DNA from: Bacteroidales bacterium
Lineage (GTDB): Bacteria; Bacteroidota; Bacteroidia; Bacteroidales; UBA12170
DNA length: 64,000 bases
NCBI GenBank assembly: GCA_016929955.1
Contig: JAFGHU010000180.1
Span: 2,199-66,198 of the forward strand
Reading direction: 5' to 3'
Under the pieces are notes generated by a model. That model was not told where the DNA came from. It did not search any database and worked only from the letters and a program-made list of their open reading frames with translations. The position numbers were made by a program, and so were the translations under genes. Position 1 is the first letter of the stretch, and every line of letters begins with the position of its first letter. Positions 48,101-57,300 of this stretch are shown here, piece after piece.

Positions 48101-48398
48101 TACAAGGCTTACTTACTTCAATTTCATCAAGTGTTTGAATGGTTTTTAGCTCGATATATCGTGCTCCGTATAACCAGGATGAAACAATATTTTGTGCCAG
48201 TTGAGTATGAGGACCGGCGGCAACTCCATAGGGAGTGGATAATGTTTTATCGAAGCGTTTAATCTTTAAAGATTCATATTTACTGGGGTTTACGAAAAGT
48301 GGTTTTGCTAATCCCAAAACATATTCTGAGGTATCGAGTTCTATTAATATTCTTTTAAGGAGCTTGAAAAGGGTAATCGGATAAAATTGTTCAGTCAT
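45177..48398 (-). CDS. ygfK: YgfK-like Fe-S flavoprotein (putative selenate reductase subunit / GltD-like oxidoreductase)
   Basis: GVAAGPHTQLAQN, YNCEWSQEL, KLTNT, GAGPAG, GGGNTAMD and ferredoxin motifs CSICVTVCPNRAN / CNACGNCTTFCP. Confidence 0.9.
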   Translation of the reverse strand: MTEQFYPITLFKLLKRILIELDTSEYVLGLAKPLFVNPSKYESLKIKRFDKTLSTPYGVAAGPHTQLAQNIVSSWLYGARYIELKTIQTLDEIEVSKPCIDMQDEGYNCEWSQELKIHESFDEYLNAWIIIHVLNHKLAWGETPETIFNMSVGYELQGILNKNVQWFFEKMKDCSAELEIKKNQIRELYPAIDSVYIPTQISDNITLSTMHGCPANEIEDIARYLIEEKNLHTIVKLNPTLLGATELRSILNDKHQWPTAVPDIAFEHDLKYNDALIIIKNLEKAAAKKGVYFGLKLTNTLEVKNQKNVFDAKEKMMYLSGRALHPLSIQVASKLQTEFKGRLDLSFSAGIDAFNIAEVLACGLQPVTVSSDLLKPGGYSRMAQYAENIQNYLKANKQDKLKAISKENSAFQLDKLNAYAEKVLENNAYSYQLFEQKNIKTKRPLHTFDCIAAPCVDTCPTTQNIPDYLYYAAQGEFQKSYEVILQNNAFPKTLGLVCEHTCQSKCTRINYDNSLQIKEIKNFVSQHGKDSILKVPASNGLKIAIVGAGPAGLAAAYFLALEGFQVELFEKEKAAGGLVHKAIPSFRMPNNALYEDIARIESLGVKIHFNTPVDQIVFDRLKTNYDYVYVALGAQNMKKLHIPGDDANILFDSLQFLADFKQHKNLDLGENILVIGGGNTAMDVARAAKVLQKGKGEVTLVYRRSLAQMPADAEEILDAKAEGIRFLNLLSPLEIIHKKSEFFLRCQPMQLSEEFGTDGRLKVINSKEKPIDLKATSIIPAIGQEVRFPFSDNDIATLSKDASLLRSGNVFHGGDVRHGAASIVQAVGDGQSMAQEILKIAHLEHQFAFNKVDKGISKLDHTLARAKRIYGEADHKKLKTAEQIMHEASRCLACDDSCSICVTVCPNRANFNYRVKPQSIEMLKVQVKEAKPVLLPDNHFEIKQEEQILNIADFCNACGNCTTFCPTAGEPYKDKPHVYLTKESYAQNQEGYFLEKLNKELVLNYKNGKQSYSLSETENNFLFYSEAIEVCFNKDDFSLTDITLKTKNEQTIHLQKAAEMRFVLEGAKALANF

Positions 48399-48560
48399 AA
48401 GGTATTTATTTTCCGGCTAAATTTACAAAACTTTTGCTTATACGCCGCGCGGTAGCGATGTATTAAAAAAAAATGATAAGAATTCAAATATTCAGAGATA
48501 AAACATTATTTTTGCTTTTTATTGTGAAATAATCCTTCGGGGGAAACTAAATTTAGAAAA

Positions 48561-49187
48561 ATGAAAATTGCATTAAAACTGTTTTTATTGGTTGTGATTG
48601 TAGGACTGGGCTATATGGTTGTTGAGAGCATTATGGAACCGGTTCGTTTTAATAAGGAAAAAGACAAGCGTGAAGCGTCTGTTATTCATAAGTTAGAAGA
48701 TATTCGTGCAGGCGAATTGGCCTATCGAAAAATGAATGGCGTTTATACAGCAAGCTGGGATACTTTGATTGATTTCTTAAAAACAAATGAGTTTTTTATC
48801 GTTAAAGAGGTTGCAGATCCGAACGATACAACGTATTCAAAAACAATCAGAGATACACTTGGTACAATAAAAGTGATGGATTCATTGTATAATGAGCGCC
48901 CAAATTTTCAACTTGATAAACAAAGATATGTTGATCAGTTGAAATATGTTCCTATTCCACAAAAAGACTTTGCCAACGAAACTTTTGAGTTGCGCGCAGG
49001 AAAAATTGAAAGAGGAGGTGTTCCTGTTCAGGTTTTCGAAAGTCAGGTAGGATATCAGGTTATGCTTAAAGGCCTCGACAATCAGTTGATTCTAAACTTG
49101 ATTAAAAAGGTTGAAGAAATGAATAAATATCCCGGACTTAAAGTAGGTTCGCTTACCGAAGCTTCTACTGAAGGAAACTGGAAATAA
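48561..49187 (+). CDS. Conserved Bacteroidota membrane-anchored hypothetical protein
   Basis: N-terminal TM, SIMEPVRF, L.DIR and LKVGSL..AS.EGNW; precedes the DUF3822 gene. Confidence 0.75.
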   Translation: MKIALKLFLLVVIVGLGYMVVESIMEPVRFNKEKDKREASVIHKLEDIRAGELAYRKMNGVYTASWDTLIDFLKTNEFFIVKEVADPNDTTYSKTIRDTLGTIKVMDSLYNERPNFQLDKQRYVDQLKYVPIPQKDFANETFELRAGKIERGGVPVQVFESQVGYQVMLKGLDNQLILNLIKKVEEMNKYPGLKVGSLTEASTEGNWK

Positions 49188-49193
49188 GATATT

Positions 49194-50087
49194 ATGCCTT
49201 TGCCCGAAACTACGAAAGCATCGGCTCAATTCATTGATCGCGACTTTCAGTCCGATAGTACAGGAAATTATAGATTATCCATTCAGCTTAGGTTGAATGG
49301 ATTTTCTTTTGCCCAAATCGACCGTATTTCTAAAAAAGTTTTAAGCATTGAAGATTTTCATGTTCCATTAATGCTGGGCGAAGAATCTGTTTATCAAAAT
49401 GAGAAAGTCAATCTCCGGTTAGAAAAAGTTCTTAACGAAAAGCAGTTGAACCTTCAGCTTTTTAAAAGTGTTCATTTTGTTTTTGATAATCCTTTTTTTG
49501 TTTTGCTTCCATCGCTTTTAATGGATGCAAATAGTAGTCTCGACTATTTGAAACAGATTCATCAAATACCTGAAAATTTTATTGTAAAGTCTGATGAATT
49601 GAGGTTTTTAGAAGCCACAAATGTGTATGCACTCTATGCGCCACTTTACTATAATTTAGCAGATTATTTTCCTCGTTTTACACTTAAACATGCATCTTCT
49701 GTTTTTATTCAACAAATGGCCTTATCGCAAAAAATGAGGAAAGGAACAAGCGTTTTTGTTGAGGTGGGCGATTTAACTATGCATATACTTGTATTTAAGG
49801 ATGAAAAGTTAGAATTCTCAAACACTTTTGCTTTTAAGGAAAAGGAAGATTTTATCTATTTTATTTTGCTGGTTTACAATCAGTTAAATCTAAATCCTGA
49901 ATCAACACCTTTGTATTTTTCCGGGCAGATCGATCGGAGCTCACCCCTTTATGCTATTGCTTATCAATATATTGGAGTTTTAGATTTTATCGATATTAAT
50001 GCTAGTGGTTTGGTTTTTGGAAAAGAAATACCCGAAACTGTTGGATTAAAATACACGCTTTTAACTCAAGCTGTTTTATGCGAATAA
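49194..50087 (+). CDS. DUF3822 family protein
   Basis: LSIQL.LNGFSF, N.F....EDFIYFIL; directly upstream of rsmD. Confidence 0.82.
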   Translation: MPLPETTKASAQFIDRDFQSDSTGNYRLSIQLRLNGFSFAQIDRISKKVLSIEDFHVPLMLGEESVYQNEKVNLRLEKVLNEKQLNLQLFKSVHFVFDNPFFVLLPSLLMDANSSLDYLKQIHQIPENFIVKSDELRFLEATNVYALYAPLYYNLADYFPRFTLKHASSVFIQQMALSQKMRKGTSVFVEVGDLTMHILVFKDEKLEFSNTFAFKEKEDFIYFILLVYNQLNLNPESTPLYFSGQIDRSSPLYAIAYQYIGVLDFIDINASGLVFGKEIPETVGLKYTLLTQAVLCE

Positions 50088-50629
50088 TTAGTGGATATTA
50101 TAAAGGCCGAAGGTTAGAAACGCCCAAAAACTTAAATTTGCGTCCAACTACCGACATGGCCAAAGAAAGCCTATTTAATGTTTTAAGAAACAGCCTTGAT
50201 TTTGAAGAGATTGAAGCGCTCGACTTGTTTTCGGGAACAGGAAGCATTAGTTATGAGCTGATTTCGCGTGGCGCATTAAATGTGCTGGCTGTGGAGCAAA
50301 ATGGTCAACAAGCTCGTTTTATCGAATCCATTATTCAAAAGCTTAAAATGGATAAGCTGCGCCTTGTAAGAATGGATGTTTTTCAATTTTTTAAAACAAA
50401 TAAGCGGAGTTTTGATCTTGTTTTTGCCGATCCTCCCTACGATATGGACAATTTTAACTCTATTCCCGATTTGGTTTTTTCGCATCAGCTATTAAAAAAG
50501 AATGGTATTTTTGTATTGGAACATCCGAAACATAATTCGTATACAACACATCCCAATTTTTACGAACACCGCAATTATGGGAGTGTAAATTTCTCTTTCT
50601 TTAAGAATACGGATGATTTATTGAAATAA
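50078..50629 (+). CDS. rsmD: 16S rRNA m2G966 methyltransferase
   Basis: MRIISG, RPTTD..KESLFN, DLFSGTG and DPPY. Confidence 0.93.
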   Translation: MRIISGYYKGRRLETPKNLNLRPTTDMAKESLFNVLRNSLDFEEIEALDLFSGTGSISYELISRGALNVLAVEQNGQQARFIESIIQKLKMDKLRLVRMDVFQFFKTNKRSFDLVFADPPYDMDNFNSIPDLVFSHQLLKKNGIFVLEHPKHNSYTTHPNFYEHRNYGSVNFSFFKNTDDLLK

Positions 50630-52057
50630 GCGCTCTTTTTTCTTTGACTTTTCTCTATCTCTTTGTATCAAGAAATCAAAATAACGTGCTAAATTTTCGT
50701 CTGGCTTTTTCGATTGATTGAGCACTATTTTTCCTTCCCGATCGATTAAGAAATAGCTCGGAAAAGTCCGGACTTTGTATCGATTTAAGGCTTCAAAATC
50801 CTGATGAAAAGAAAATTGCAGAATTTGACTTTTATTCTGTTTGGCAAAATCATTCAAAGCTTCTTTTGTATAATCGACAAAGACTTCGATAAAAGCAATA
50901 TTCGATTTGTATTTTTCGGCCCAGGTTTCCAGAAGCTTCAGATCATTTTCGCAGGCCGGACAATTCTCACTTACAAAAGCCAAATAAACATATCGTCCTG
51001 CGTAATCGTCTAATTTACTGTTGCTTGTAGATTTAAAACTTAGGTCGGGAGCCTGCGATCCAATTTCCAGGCGAGTCAATTGATCGAGAATTGCAGAAGC
51101 CGTTTTTTTATGTTCTACAAAGGCGCTTTTGTCGGCAATTTCTTTAATCAATGCCTGAATTTGTTCCTGTTTAAAATCTTTGCTATAATAGATTTCTTTT
51201 AATGCAAAAAGCAGTACAAATTCGCGTAAACGTTCTTGTTCCAGAACATCATCTTGACCAATATAATCGAGCAATTTATGAATACGCGAACCCGATTGTA
51301 TAAGTGCCACAAGCTCATTATAATTCGTATTTCGTTTTCCCGACAAAAAATACTGATTGAAATAATGATGAAAAAACGTCATATAATTGGGTTGATTATA
51401 CAAGACATTTTTATTCTTGAAACAGGCATTTCCTAATGCTAGATTAGAATTTATTCGTGCGGCCAATTTTAAATCGGCCAATTGATAGGCAATATAATGC
51501 TCAAAATAAATGCGTTCATCCGCATTTAAGGAGCTCGTGTTTTTTAATTTTGTATCAATTTCCAGCGCAAAATCCTGGAGTAATTTGCTGTCGCGATATT
51601 TATAAAGGGCGATAAAGTTCTTTTCCAGAAAAATGCTTAGCGTATAATTGAAATTATCGATCGCCTCGTTTAAAGCATTTCCGTTTGTCCATATAACGCG
51701 CAATCTTTTTTGATTGCTTAGAGCACTTTTAGGAGGGATTTCGATTTGCTCTATGGTAAGTTCTATATTTTTTCCTGCTTCGGCAAAAAAGGAAAAAGAT
51801 TGATTCCCGATTTTTAAGTATACTTCATGAATAGTTTCAAGATCAAAATCAAGTTTAAAATGGCCTTTCTCATCGATTTCTGAAATGGCGAGAATTTCTT
51901 CCTCAAAACTGATGCGATCAGTATAAGTCGTTAGTCGGACAAACATGCCTTTTCCTTCAAGGGCGCTTCCTCTAATGCTTGTAGGCAGCGCCTGAGCAAA
52001 TATAAACGCGAATAAAAAGAAGCCTGTAAAAAATAGTTGTTTGAAAGAATTTCTCAT
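50618..52057 (-). CDS. TlpA-like redoxin domain protein (exported)
   Basis: Signal peptide; C-terminal GSQAPD, CPAC and FPSYFLIDREGKI. Confidence 0.78.
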   Translation of the reverse strand: MRNSFKQLFFTGFFLFAFIFAQALPTSIRGSALEGKGMFVRLTTYTDRISFEEEILAISEIDEKGHFKLDFDLETIHEVYLKIGNQSFSFFAEAGKNIELTIEQIEIPPKSALSNQKRLRVIWTNGNALNEAIDNFNYTLSIFLEKNFIALYKYRDSKLLQDFALEIDTKLKNTSSLNADERIYFEHYIAYQLADLKLAARINSNLALGNACFKNKNVLYNQPNYMTFFHHYFNQYFLSGKRNTNYNELVALIQSGSRIHKLLDYIGQDDVLEQERLREFVLLFALKEIYYSKDFKQEQIQALIKEIADKSAFVEHKKTASAILDQLTRLEIGSQAPDLSFKSTSNSKLDDYAGRYVYLAFVSENCPACENDLKLLETWAEKYKSNIAFIEVFVDYTKEALNDFAKQNKSQILQFSFHQDFEALNRYKVRTFPSYFLIDREGKIVLNQSKKPDENLARYFDFLIQRDREKSKKKERLFQ

Positions 52058-52084
52058 TTTTAACTTTTCAGTTAACACGATTTT

Positions 52085-52552
52085 TTATTTAAGAAAAGGA
52101 AGTATTTCTTTTGGAACAAACTGATCTACATTCCCTTTATGCCTTAAAATATCGCGGACTATGGAAGAGTTAAGCGCTGTATGTTCGGGTTGGGTGAGTA
52201 AAAAAACGGTTTCCACATCCGGATTCATTTGTTTGTTTATTTGACCTATACTGCGTTCAAACTCAAAATCGGCCGAAGTACGTAAGCCACGAAGCAGAAA
52301 TTGGGCATTTACTTGCTTGCAAAAATCGATGGTTAAACCGGTATAACTTTGAATTACAACTGTTTTGTGGTCGGCAAAAGTGGCTTCAATCATTTTTTTT
52401 CGCGTATCTAAATCAAAATATGTAGATTTTAGAGCATTCTTACCTATGGCGACTATAATTTTATCAAAAAGAGGAATTGCTCTGAGAATGATTGATTTAT
52501 GTCCACATGTAATCGGATCGAAAGATCCCGGAAATATTGCTATTTTTTCCAT
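52085..52552 (-). CDS. coaD: Pantetheine-phosphate adenylyltransferase
   Basis: FPGSFDPITCGH, RGLR...DFEFE and SSIVR. Confidence 0.96.
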   Translation of the reverse strand: MEKIAIFPGSFDPITCGHKSIILRAIPLFDKIIVAIGKNALKSTYFDLDTRKKMIEATFADHKTVVIQSYTGLTIDFCKQVNAQFLLRGLRTSADFEFERSIGQINKQMNPDVETVFLLTQPEHTALNSSIVRDILRHKGNVDQFVPKEILPFLK

Positions 52553-52554
52553 AA

Positions 52555-53076
52555 TTAATCTTCTTTATCGTACCAACTGGCGTACATAGTATAAGCGTCT
52601 GAAATTCGGTTGACTTCGCCTTTCAGTAAATGTTCATCAATGTCTTTTATTTTTTTAGCAGGTATTCCGGCCCAAACACTGCCCGATTCGATATGTGTTC
52701 CTTTGGAAACAACAGCTCCGGCAGCTATTATAGAATTACTTTCTACAATAACATCATCCATCAAAATAGAACCCATTCCAACCAGCACATTATCGCGAAT
52801 AGTACAACCATGCACAATGGCATTGTGTGCAATCGAAACATTGTCGCCAATTTCAACCGGTGCTTTCTGATAGGTACAATGAATTATGGCTCCGTCCTGA
52901 ATATTAACATTATTTCCAATCCGAATGCTGTGCACATCACCCCGAACAACAGCATTGAACCAAATACTGCATCTATCGCCCATCACCACATCGCCAACAA
53001 CAGTAGCATTATCGGCTAAAAAACAAGCTTCGCCAAAAACGGGAGCTATACCTTTTACTTTTCGAATTATTGCCAT
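52555..53076 (-). CDS. Gamma carbonic anhydrase family hexapeptide-repeat protein (YrdA-like)
   Basis: RGDV..I.IG..NIQD...H, H..IVHG and WAGIPAK. Confidence 0.92.
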   Translation of the reverse strand: MAIIRKVKGIAPVFGEACFLADNATVVGDVVMGDRCSIWFNAVVRGDVHSIRIGNNVNIQDGAIIHCTYQKAPVEIGDNVSIAHNAIVHGCTIRDNVLVGMGSILMDDVIVESNSIIAAGAVVSKGTHIESGSVWAGIPAKKIKDIDEHLLKGEVNRISDAYTMYASWYDKED

Positions 53077-53141
53077 CTTGTAATTTTGTCAAAAATAAGG
53101 AAAAAAGAGACGATGCGATTTATAATGTTTAATTTTGTGCT

Positions 53142-54047
53142 ATGATAAAGCCAGCTTATTTAAAAAAAGGAGATCAAATTGGCCTGGTTTCGCCGGCGCG
53201 AAAAATTAGTATCGACGAAATCAGGGCGGCTATTCGTATGTTTCAACAATGGGGTTTGGAACCTGTTTTCGGGCAACATTTGTTTTCGCGCGATAATCAA
53301 TTTGCCGGTACAGATACGCAGCGCGCAAGCGATATTCAAAGTTTTCTGGATAATCCTGAAATAAAATCAATTATCAGTACCAGAGGTGGTTATGGAAGTG
53401 TCCGTATTGTCGACAAACTAAATTTCGAGGTCTTTAAGCGATTTCCAAAATGGATAATCGGTTACTCCGATATTACCGTTTTTCATAGTCATATACATCA
53501 ACAATTAAAAACAGAAACCTTACATGCCATTATGCCCTTAAATTTTCCGAAGGATGGAACAGCAAATTCATCAACAGAAAGTTTAAGAAAAGCCCTGTTT
53601 GGTGAATTGAATGCGCATAGCTTTAAGCCAGATCGTACAATCCGAGCCGGAAAAGCGCGGGGCGAATTGATTGGTGGAAATCTTTCACTTTTGTACAGCT
53701 TAATGGGATCGTCTTCAGAAATGAATTTTGATGGCAAGATTCTATTTATCGAAGATATAGACGAATATCTTTATCATATCGATAGAATGATGATGAACAT
53801 AAAACGTGCGGGCAAGCTCAAACATTTAGCTGCTTTAATTGTAGGCGGAATGAATAAGATGAACGACAATAGTATCCCTTTTGGCAAAACGGCGGAAGAG
53901 ATAATTGCCGAACATGTTGAGGAATATAAATTTCCGGTTGTCTTTGGTTTTCCGGCCGGACATACGGACGAGAATCGGGCGCTTTACCTCGGAAGGAAAA
54001 TTAATTTGGATATAAACGCTAACGAAACTCGTTTGTCATTTATTTGA
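53142..54047 (+). CDS. ldcA: LD-carboxypeptidase (S66 family)
   Basis: RGGYGS, GYSDIT, GGNLS, LFIED and GH. Confidence 0.9.
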   Translation: MIKPAYLKKGDQIGLVSPARKISIDEIRAAIRMFQQWGLEPVFGQHLFSRDNQFAGTDTQRASDIQSFLDNPEIKSIISTRGGYGSVRIVDKLNFEVFKRFPKWIIGYSDITVFHSHIHQQLKTETLHAIMPLNFPKDGTANSSTESLRKALFGELNAHSFKPDRTIRAGKARGELIGGNLSLLYSLMGSSSEMNFDGKILFIEDIDEYLYHIDRMMMNIKRAGKLKHLAALIVGGMNKMNDNSIPFGKTAEEIIAEHVEEYKFPVVFGFPAGHTDENRALYLGRKINLDINANETRLSFI

Positions 54048-54121
54048 TATAGAGTTAAATAGATGTAACCGATAAAAGAAATTGGCGTCAATAGTTTAGC
54101 TTTCACATTAAAAAAATCGCT

Positions 54122-54511
54122 ATGGACTATTTTTCGGACTTTGATTTTTCAGGTTTCTTTACCACAAGAGACATTGCTTTTTTTGTTTTCTTAATCATTT
54201 TTTTAATTGCTTCTAAATGGAGAGTTTACGAAAAAGCAGGACAGCCGGGTTGGGCCGTACTTATACCGTTTTATAATTTTTATATCCTGCTCAAGATAGT
54301 CGGAAAGCCCGACTGGTGGGTTTTGCTGCTGTTTGTTCCGATTGTAAATATGGTGGTCGGTATTTATGTTATCCACCTATTATCCAAATGTTTTGGACAG
54401 GGTCTTGGTTTTACTTTGGGCTTGATTTTACTTAGTTTTATTTTTTATCCTATACTTGGATTTGGTTATGCCAAATACCTCGGTCCGCTTAGCGAAAAAA
54501 AAAATGAATAA
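54122..54511 (+). CDS. DUF5684 membrane protein
   Basis: WRVYEKAGQPGWA.LIPFYN, FG.G.GF.LGL. Confidence 0.82.
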   Translation: MDYFSDFDFSGFFTTRDIAFFVFLIIFLIASKWRVYEKAGQPGWAVLIPFYNFYILLKIVGKPDWWVLLLFVPIVNMVVGIYVIHLLSKCFGQGLGFTLGLILLSFIFYPILGFGYAKYLGPLSEKKNE

Positions 54512-54863
54512 AAATCTGGAATTAGGAAATAAGGGAGAAGCTTTTGCGCTTCATTTATTGACGTCTAAAGGGTTTAAGATTTTAGAACGCAATTGGCGTT
54601 TTCGCAAAGATGAAGTGGATATAATAGCAACGGACGATCAGTTTTTGGTTATTGTGGAAGTTAAAACGCGGAGTACCAGCTATTTTGGCGAGCCCTACAC
54701 AGCCGTTACCAAAAAGAAACAAGGATTTTTAATTCGTGCTGCTAATGCCTATATCGAAAAACATGATATCGATTTAGAATGCCGTTTTGATATCATCTCC
54801 ATTGTTTTTGCCAAAGACAAACCTTATGTAGATCATATCGAAGATGCTTTTTATCCGGAATAG
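54504..54863 (+). CDS. yraN: YraN family (UPF0102) putative endonuclease
   Basis: G.KGE, ILERNWR...EVDII, VEVKTR, RFDII and HIEDAF. Confidence 0.9.
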   Translation: MNKNLELGNKGEAFALHLLTSKGFKILERNWRFRKDEVDIIATDDQFLVIVEVKTRSTSYFGEPYTAVTKKKQGFLIRAANAYIEKHDIDLECRFDIISIVFAKDKPYVDHIEDAFYPE

Positions 54864-54902
54864 TCTATCGATTTAATGAGCAACAAAATGTATTTTTGCA
54901 GC

Positions 54903-56219
54903 ATGCATCAACTATTGATCAATTATATTCAAGAGCAAAAGCTTATTGCGCAAGGCGATAAAGTCTTGCTGGCCGTTAGCGGTGGAATAGATTCTGTGGT
55001 GATGTGTCATTTATTTGCACAAACCACTATTGCTTTTGCAATAGCGCATTGTAATTTTAATTTACGAGGCGTTGAGTCGGATGGCGATGAGCAATTTGTA
55101 AAAGAATTAGCAGGGCAATTACAGGTTCCGTTTTTTAGCAAAAATTGCGATACAAAAGGATATGCCAAGGAAAAAAAAATTTCCATTCAAATGGCCGCTC
55201 GCGATTTGCGATTTACCTGGTTTGAAGAGCTTTGCGAAAAGTATGAATTTGCGGTTTATGCCACGGCTCATCATATCGATGATGCCATTGAAACCTATTT
55301 TATCAATCAATTGCGAGGTACGGGAATCGCCGGGTTGCACGGATTATTGCCAAAAAACAACAAGCTCATTCATCCTCTTTTGTTTGCCACACGTGAAGAT
55401 ATCGTTGGATATGTAGAACAAAATAAATTAAGTTTCCGCGAAGACAGCTCGAATAAAACAATTAAATATTTAAGAAATGGATTGCGACACAGAATAATGC
55501 CTGTGATTGAAGATTTACAAGCCCAATACAGATCTGTTTTAATCCAAAATATGGAGCGCTTTTCGGCTGCTGAATCTATTTATTTGCAAAAGATTGAAGA
55601 AGAAAGACATCGGATTTGTAAAACAGACGGAGCATTTCATTTAATTTCGATTACAGATTTAATGGCTTTGGCTAATGCAACGACCTATTTATTTGAATTC
55701 ATTAAACCCTATGGATTTCATTTTTCGCAAGCACAGGAAATTTTTGAATCTATAGAAAAAGGGCAGTCCGGCGCGCAATTCTATTCTTCTACACATCTGC
55801 TTTTGCGCGATAGGGAAAATCTGATTATTCAAGTAATTCTTGAGAAATCAGCAGAAAATGTTGTGCTCGATTCAGAGCGGGGAGCAATTTATCATCCACT
55901 TTATTTAAGCTGGGAAACGCTATCAAAATTCACTATTGAAAAAGAGGAAAATATCGCATTGCTCGATTTTGATAAACTACAATGGCCATTAACACTAAGA
56001 AAATGGAAGCAAGGCGATTTCTTTTTTCCCTTGGGTATGAAAGGTAAAAAATTGTTAAGCGATTTTTTTATCGACCTGAAAATGAATCAGTTTGAAAAAG
56101 AAAATACCTGGTTATTGCTTTCCGGAACAGATATAGTTTGGCTTATTGGTTATCGCATCGATCATCGCTTTCGCATTAGTAAAGAGACGAAGAAGGCATT
56201 GCGTATGGAATCCACGTAG
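54903..56219 (+). CDS. tilS: tRNA(Ile)-lysidine synthetase
   Basis: AVSGGIDS, AAR..R, TAHH..D..ET, EDSSN and RN..R; start placed after the TATTTTTG box. Confidence 0.95.
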   Translation: MHQLLINYIQEQKLIAQGDKVLLAVSGGIDSVVMCHLFAQTTIAFAIAHCNFNLRGVESDGDEQFVKELAGQLQVPFFSKNCDTKGYAKEKKISIQMAARDLRFTWFEELCEKYEFAVYATAHHIDDAIETYFINQLRGTGIAGLHGLLPKNNKLIHPLLFATREDIVGYVEQNKLSFREDSSNKTIKYLRNGLRHRIMPVIEDLQAQYRSVLIQNMERFSAAESIYLQKIEEERHRICKTDGAFHLISITDLMALANATTYLFEFIKPYGFHFSQAQEIFESIEKGQSGAQFYSSTHLLLRDRENLIIQVILEKSAENVVLDSERGAIYHPLYLSWETLSKFTIEKEENIALLDFDKLQWPLTLRKWKQGDFFFPLGMKGKKLLSDFFIDLKMNQFEKENTWLLLSGTDIVWLIGYRIDHRFRISKETKKALRMEST

Positions 56220-56220
56220 A

Positions 56221-57156
56221 TTAATATTTTAGTGAACCAACAACACGTAAGGCTTTGGGCAAAATAACAAAGTTTTGCGGTCCATAACCAACCGATTCGC
56301 CATCAGTTTCTATCTCCAATTGATTTTCAGCAAAGGAAACTAGCGTGTTTTGTAAGGCGTCAATTTTTGGGTGACTTAAAAAAGAGCCATCGTACAAACC
56401 TTTCAATTCTTTAACCACCGTCCATTTCGTTATTTTTTTGATGATGGTAATATCCAAAAGTCCGTCGTTGGCAATTGCATTTGGAAGCTGTTTCATGCCT
56501 CCTCCATTGTATTTTCCTATGCCAATACCAATGCTAAACATACGCTCTTTGTAGGTGCGATCGCCAACAGTTAAATGCATATGTTTGGAATTGTATTTTA
56601 GAAGTGTTTTTATCAGGATAAGGATATAACTGAGGGCATTGCCTTTTCCCTGATCTTTTAATTTATTTGCGGCATGTGCAACCGTAGCGTCAAAGCCAAT
56701 ACCTGCAACATTGGCAAAATAACGATCTGGTGCCGCATTATCGTAGAAATTAACAAGTCCGATATCCTGAACAACCGTTTTTTCGTCGCGAATCAGTTTT
56801 ATGGCATCAATATATTTGGTTGGCACCTGAAAAGTACGGCACCAGTCGTTGCCTGTGCCAACAGGAATCATGCCTAAAGTAATTGATTTTGGATCAATGT
56901 CTTTTTGAGTAAAAATGCCATTTACGACCTCGTTCAATGTTCCGTCGCCGCCAACTACAATCAATTTACGAAATCCTTTTTCGATTAGATTTTTTGTAAT
57001 TTCGATTGCATGTCCCTTTCTTTCAGTAAATTCAAATTCAAAGTCTATTTTCGACCGCTTAACAAGTTTTTGAATTGTAGGCCAGTTTTTTTGACATTTT
57101 CCGCTGCCTGCATTTGGGTTAACTACTAAACCCCATATTGATTCCATATTCTCCAT
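56221..57156 (-). CDS. Diacylglycerol/lipid kinase family protein (YegS/BmrU-like)
   Basis: NPNAG, GGDGTLNE, PVGTGND, GIGFDA and DGE. Confidence 0.92.
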   Translation of the reverse strand: MENMESIWGLVVNPNAGSGKCQKNWPTIQKLVKRSKIDFEFEFTERKGHAIEITKNLIEKGFRKLIVVGGDGTLNEVVNGIFTQKDIDPKSITLGMIPVGTGNDWCRTFQVPTKYIDAIKLIRDEKTVVQDIGLVNFYDNAAPDRYFANVAGIGFDATVAHAANKLKDQGKGNALSYILILIKTLLKYNSKHMHLTVGDRTYKERMFSIGIGIGKYNGGGMKQLPNAIANDGLLDITIIKKITKWTVVKELKGLYDGSFLSHPKIDALQNTLVSFAENQLEIETDGESVGYGPQNFVILPKALRVVGSLKY

Positions 57157-57300
57157 CGACGCAAATATAAGAATTCTGGAAAAAGAAATTACATTTTGAA
57201 AAAAGACAATAAATTACGATGACAAGACCTTTTTGTTTTAGAAGAAATATTTTCAAAGCAAACAATAAGCGCTTACTTTTGCATTTTAATTATTTGCACT

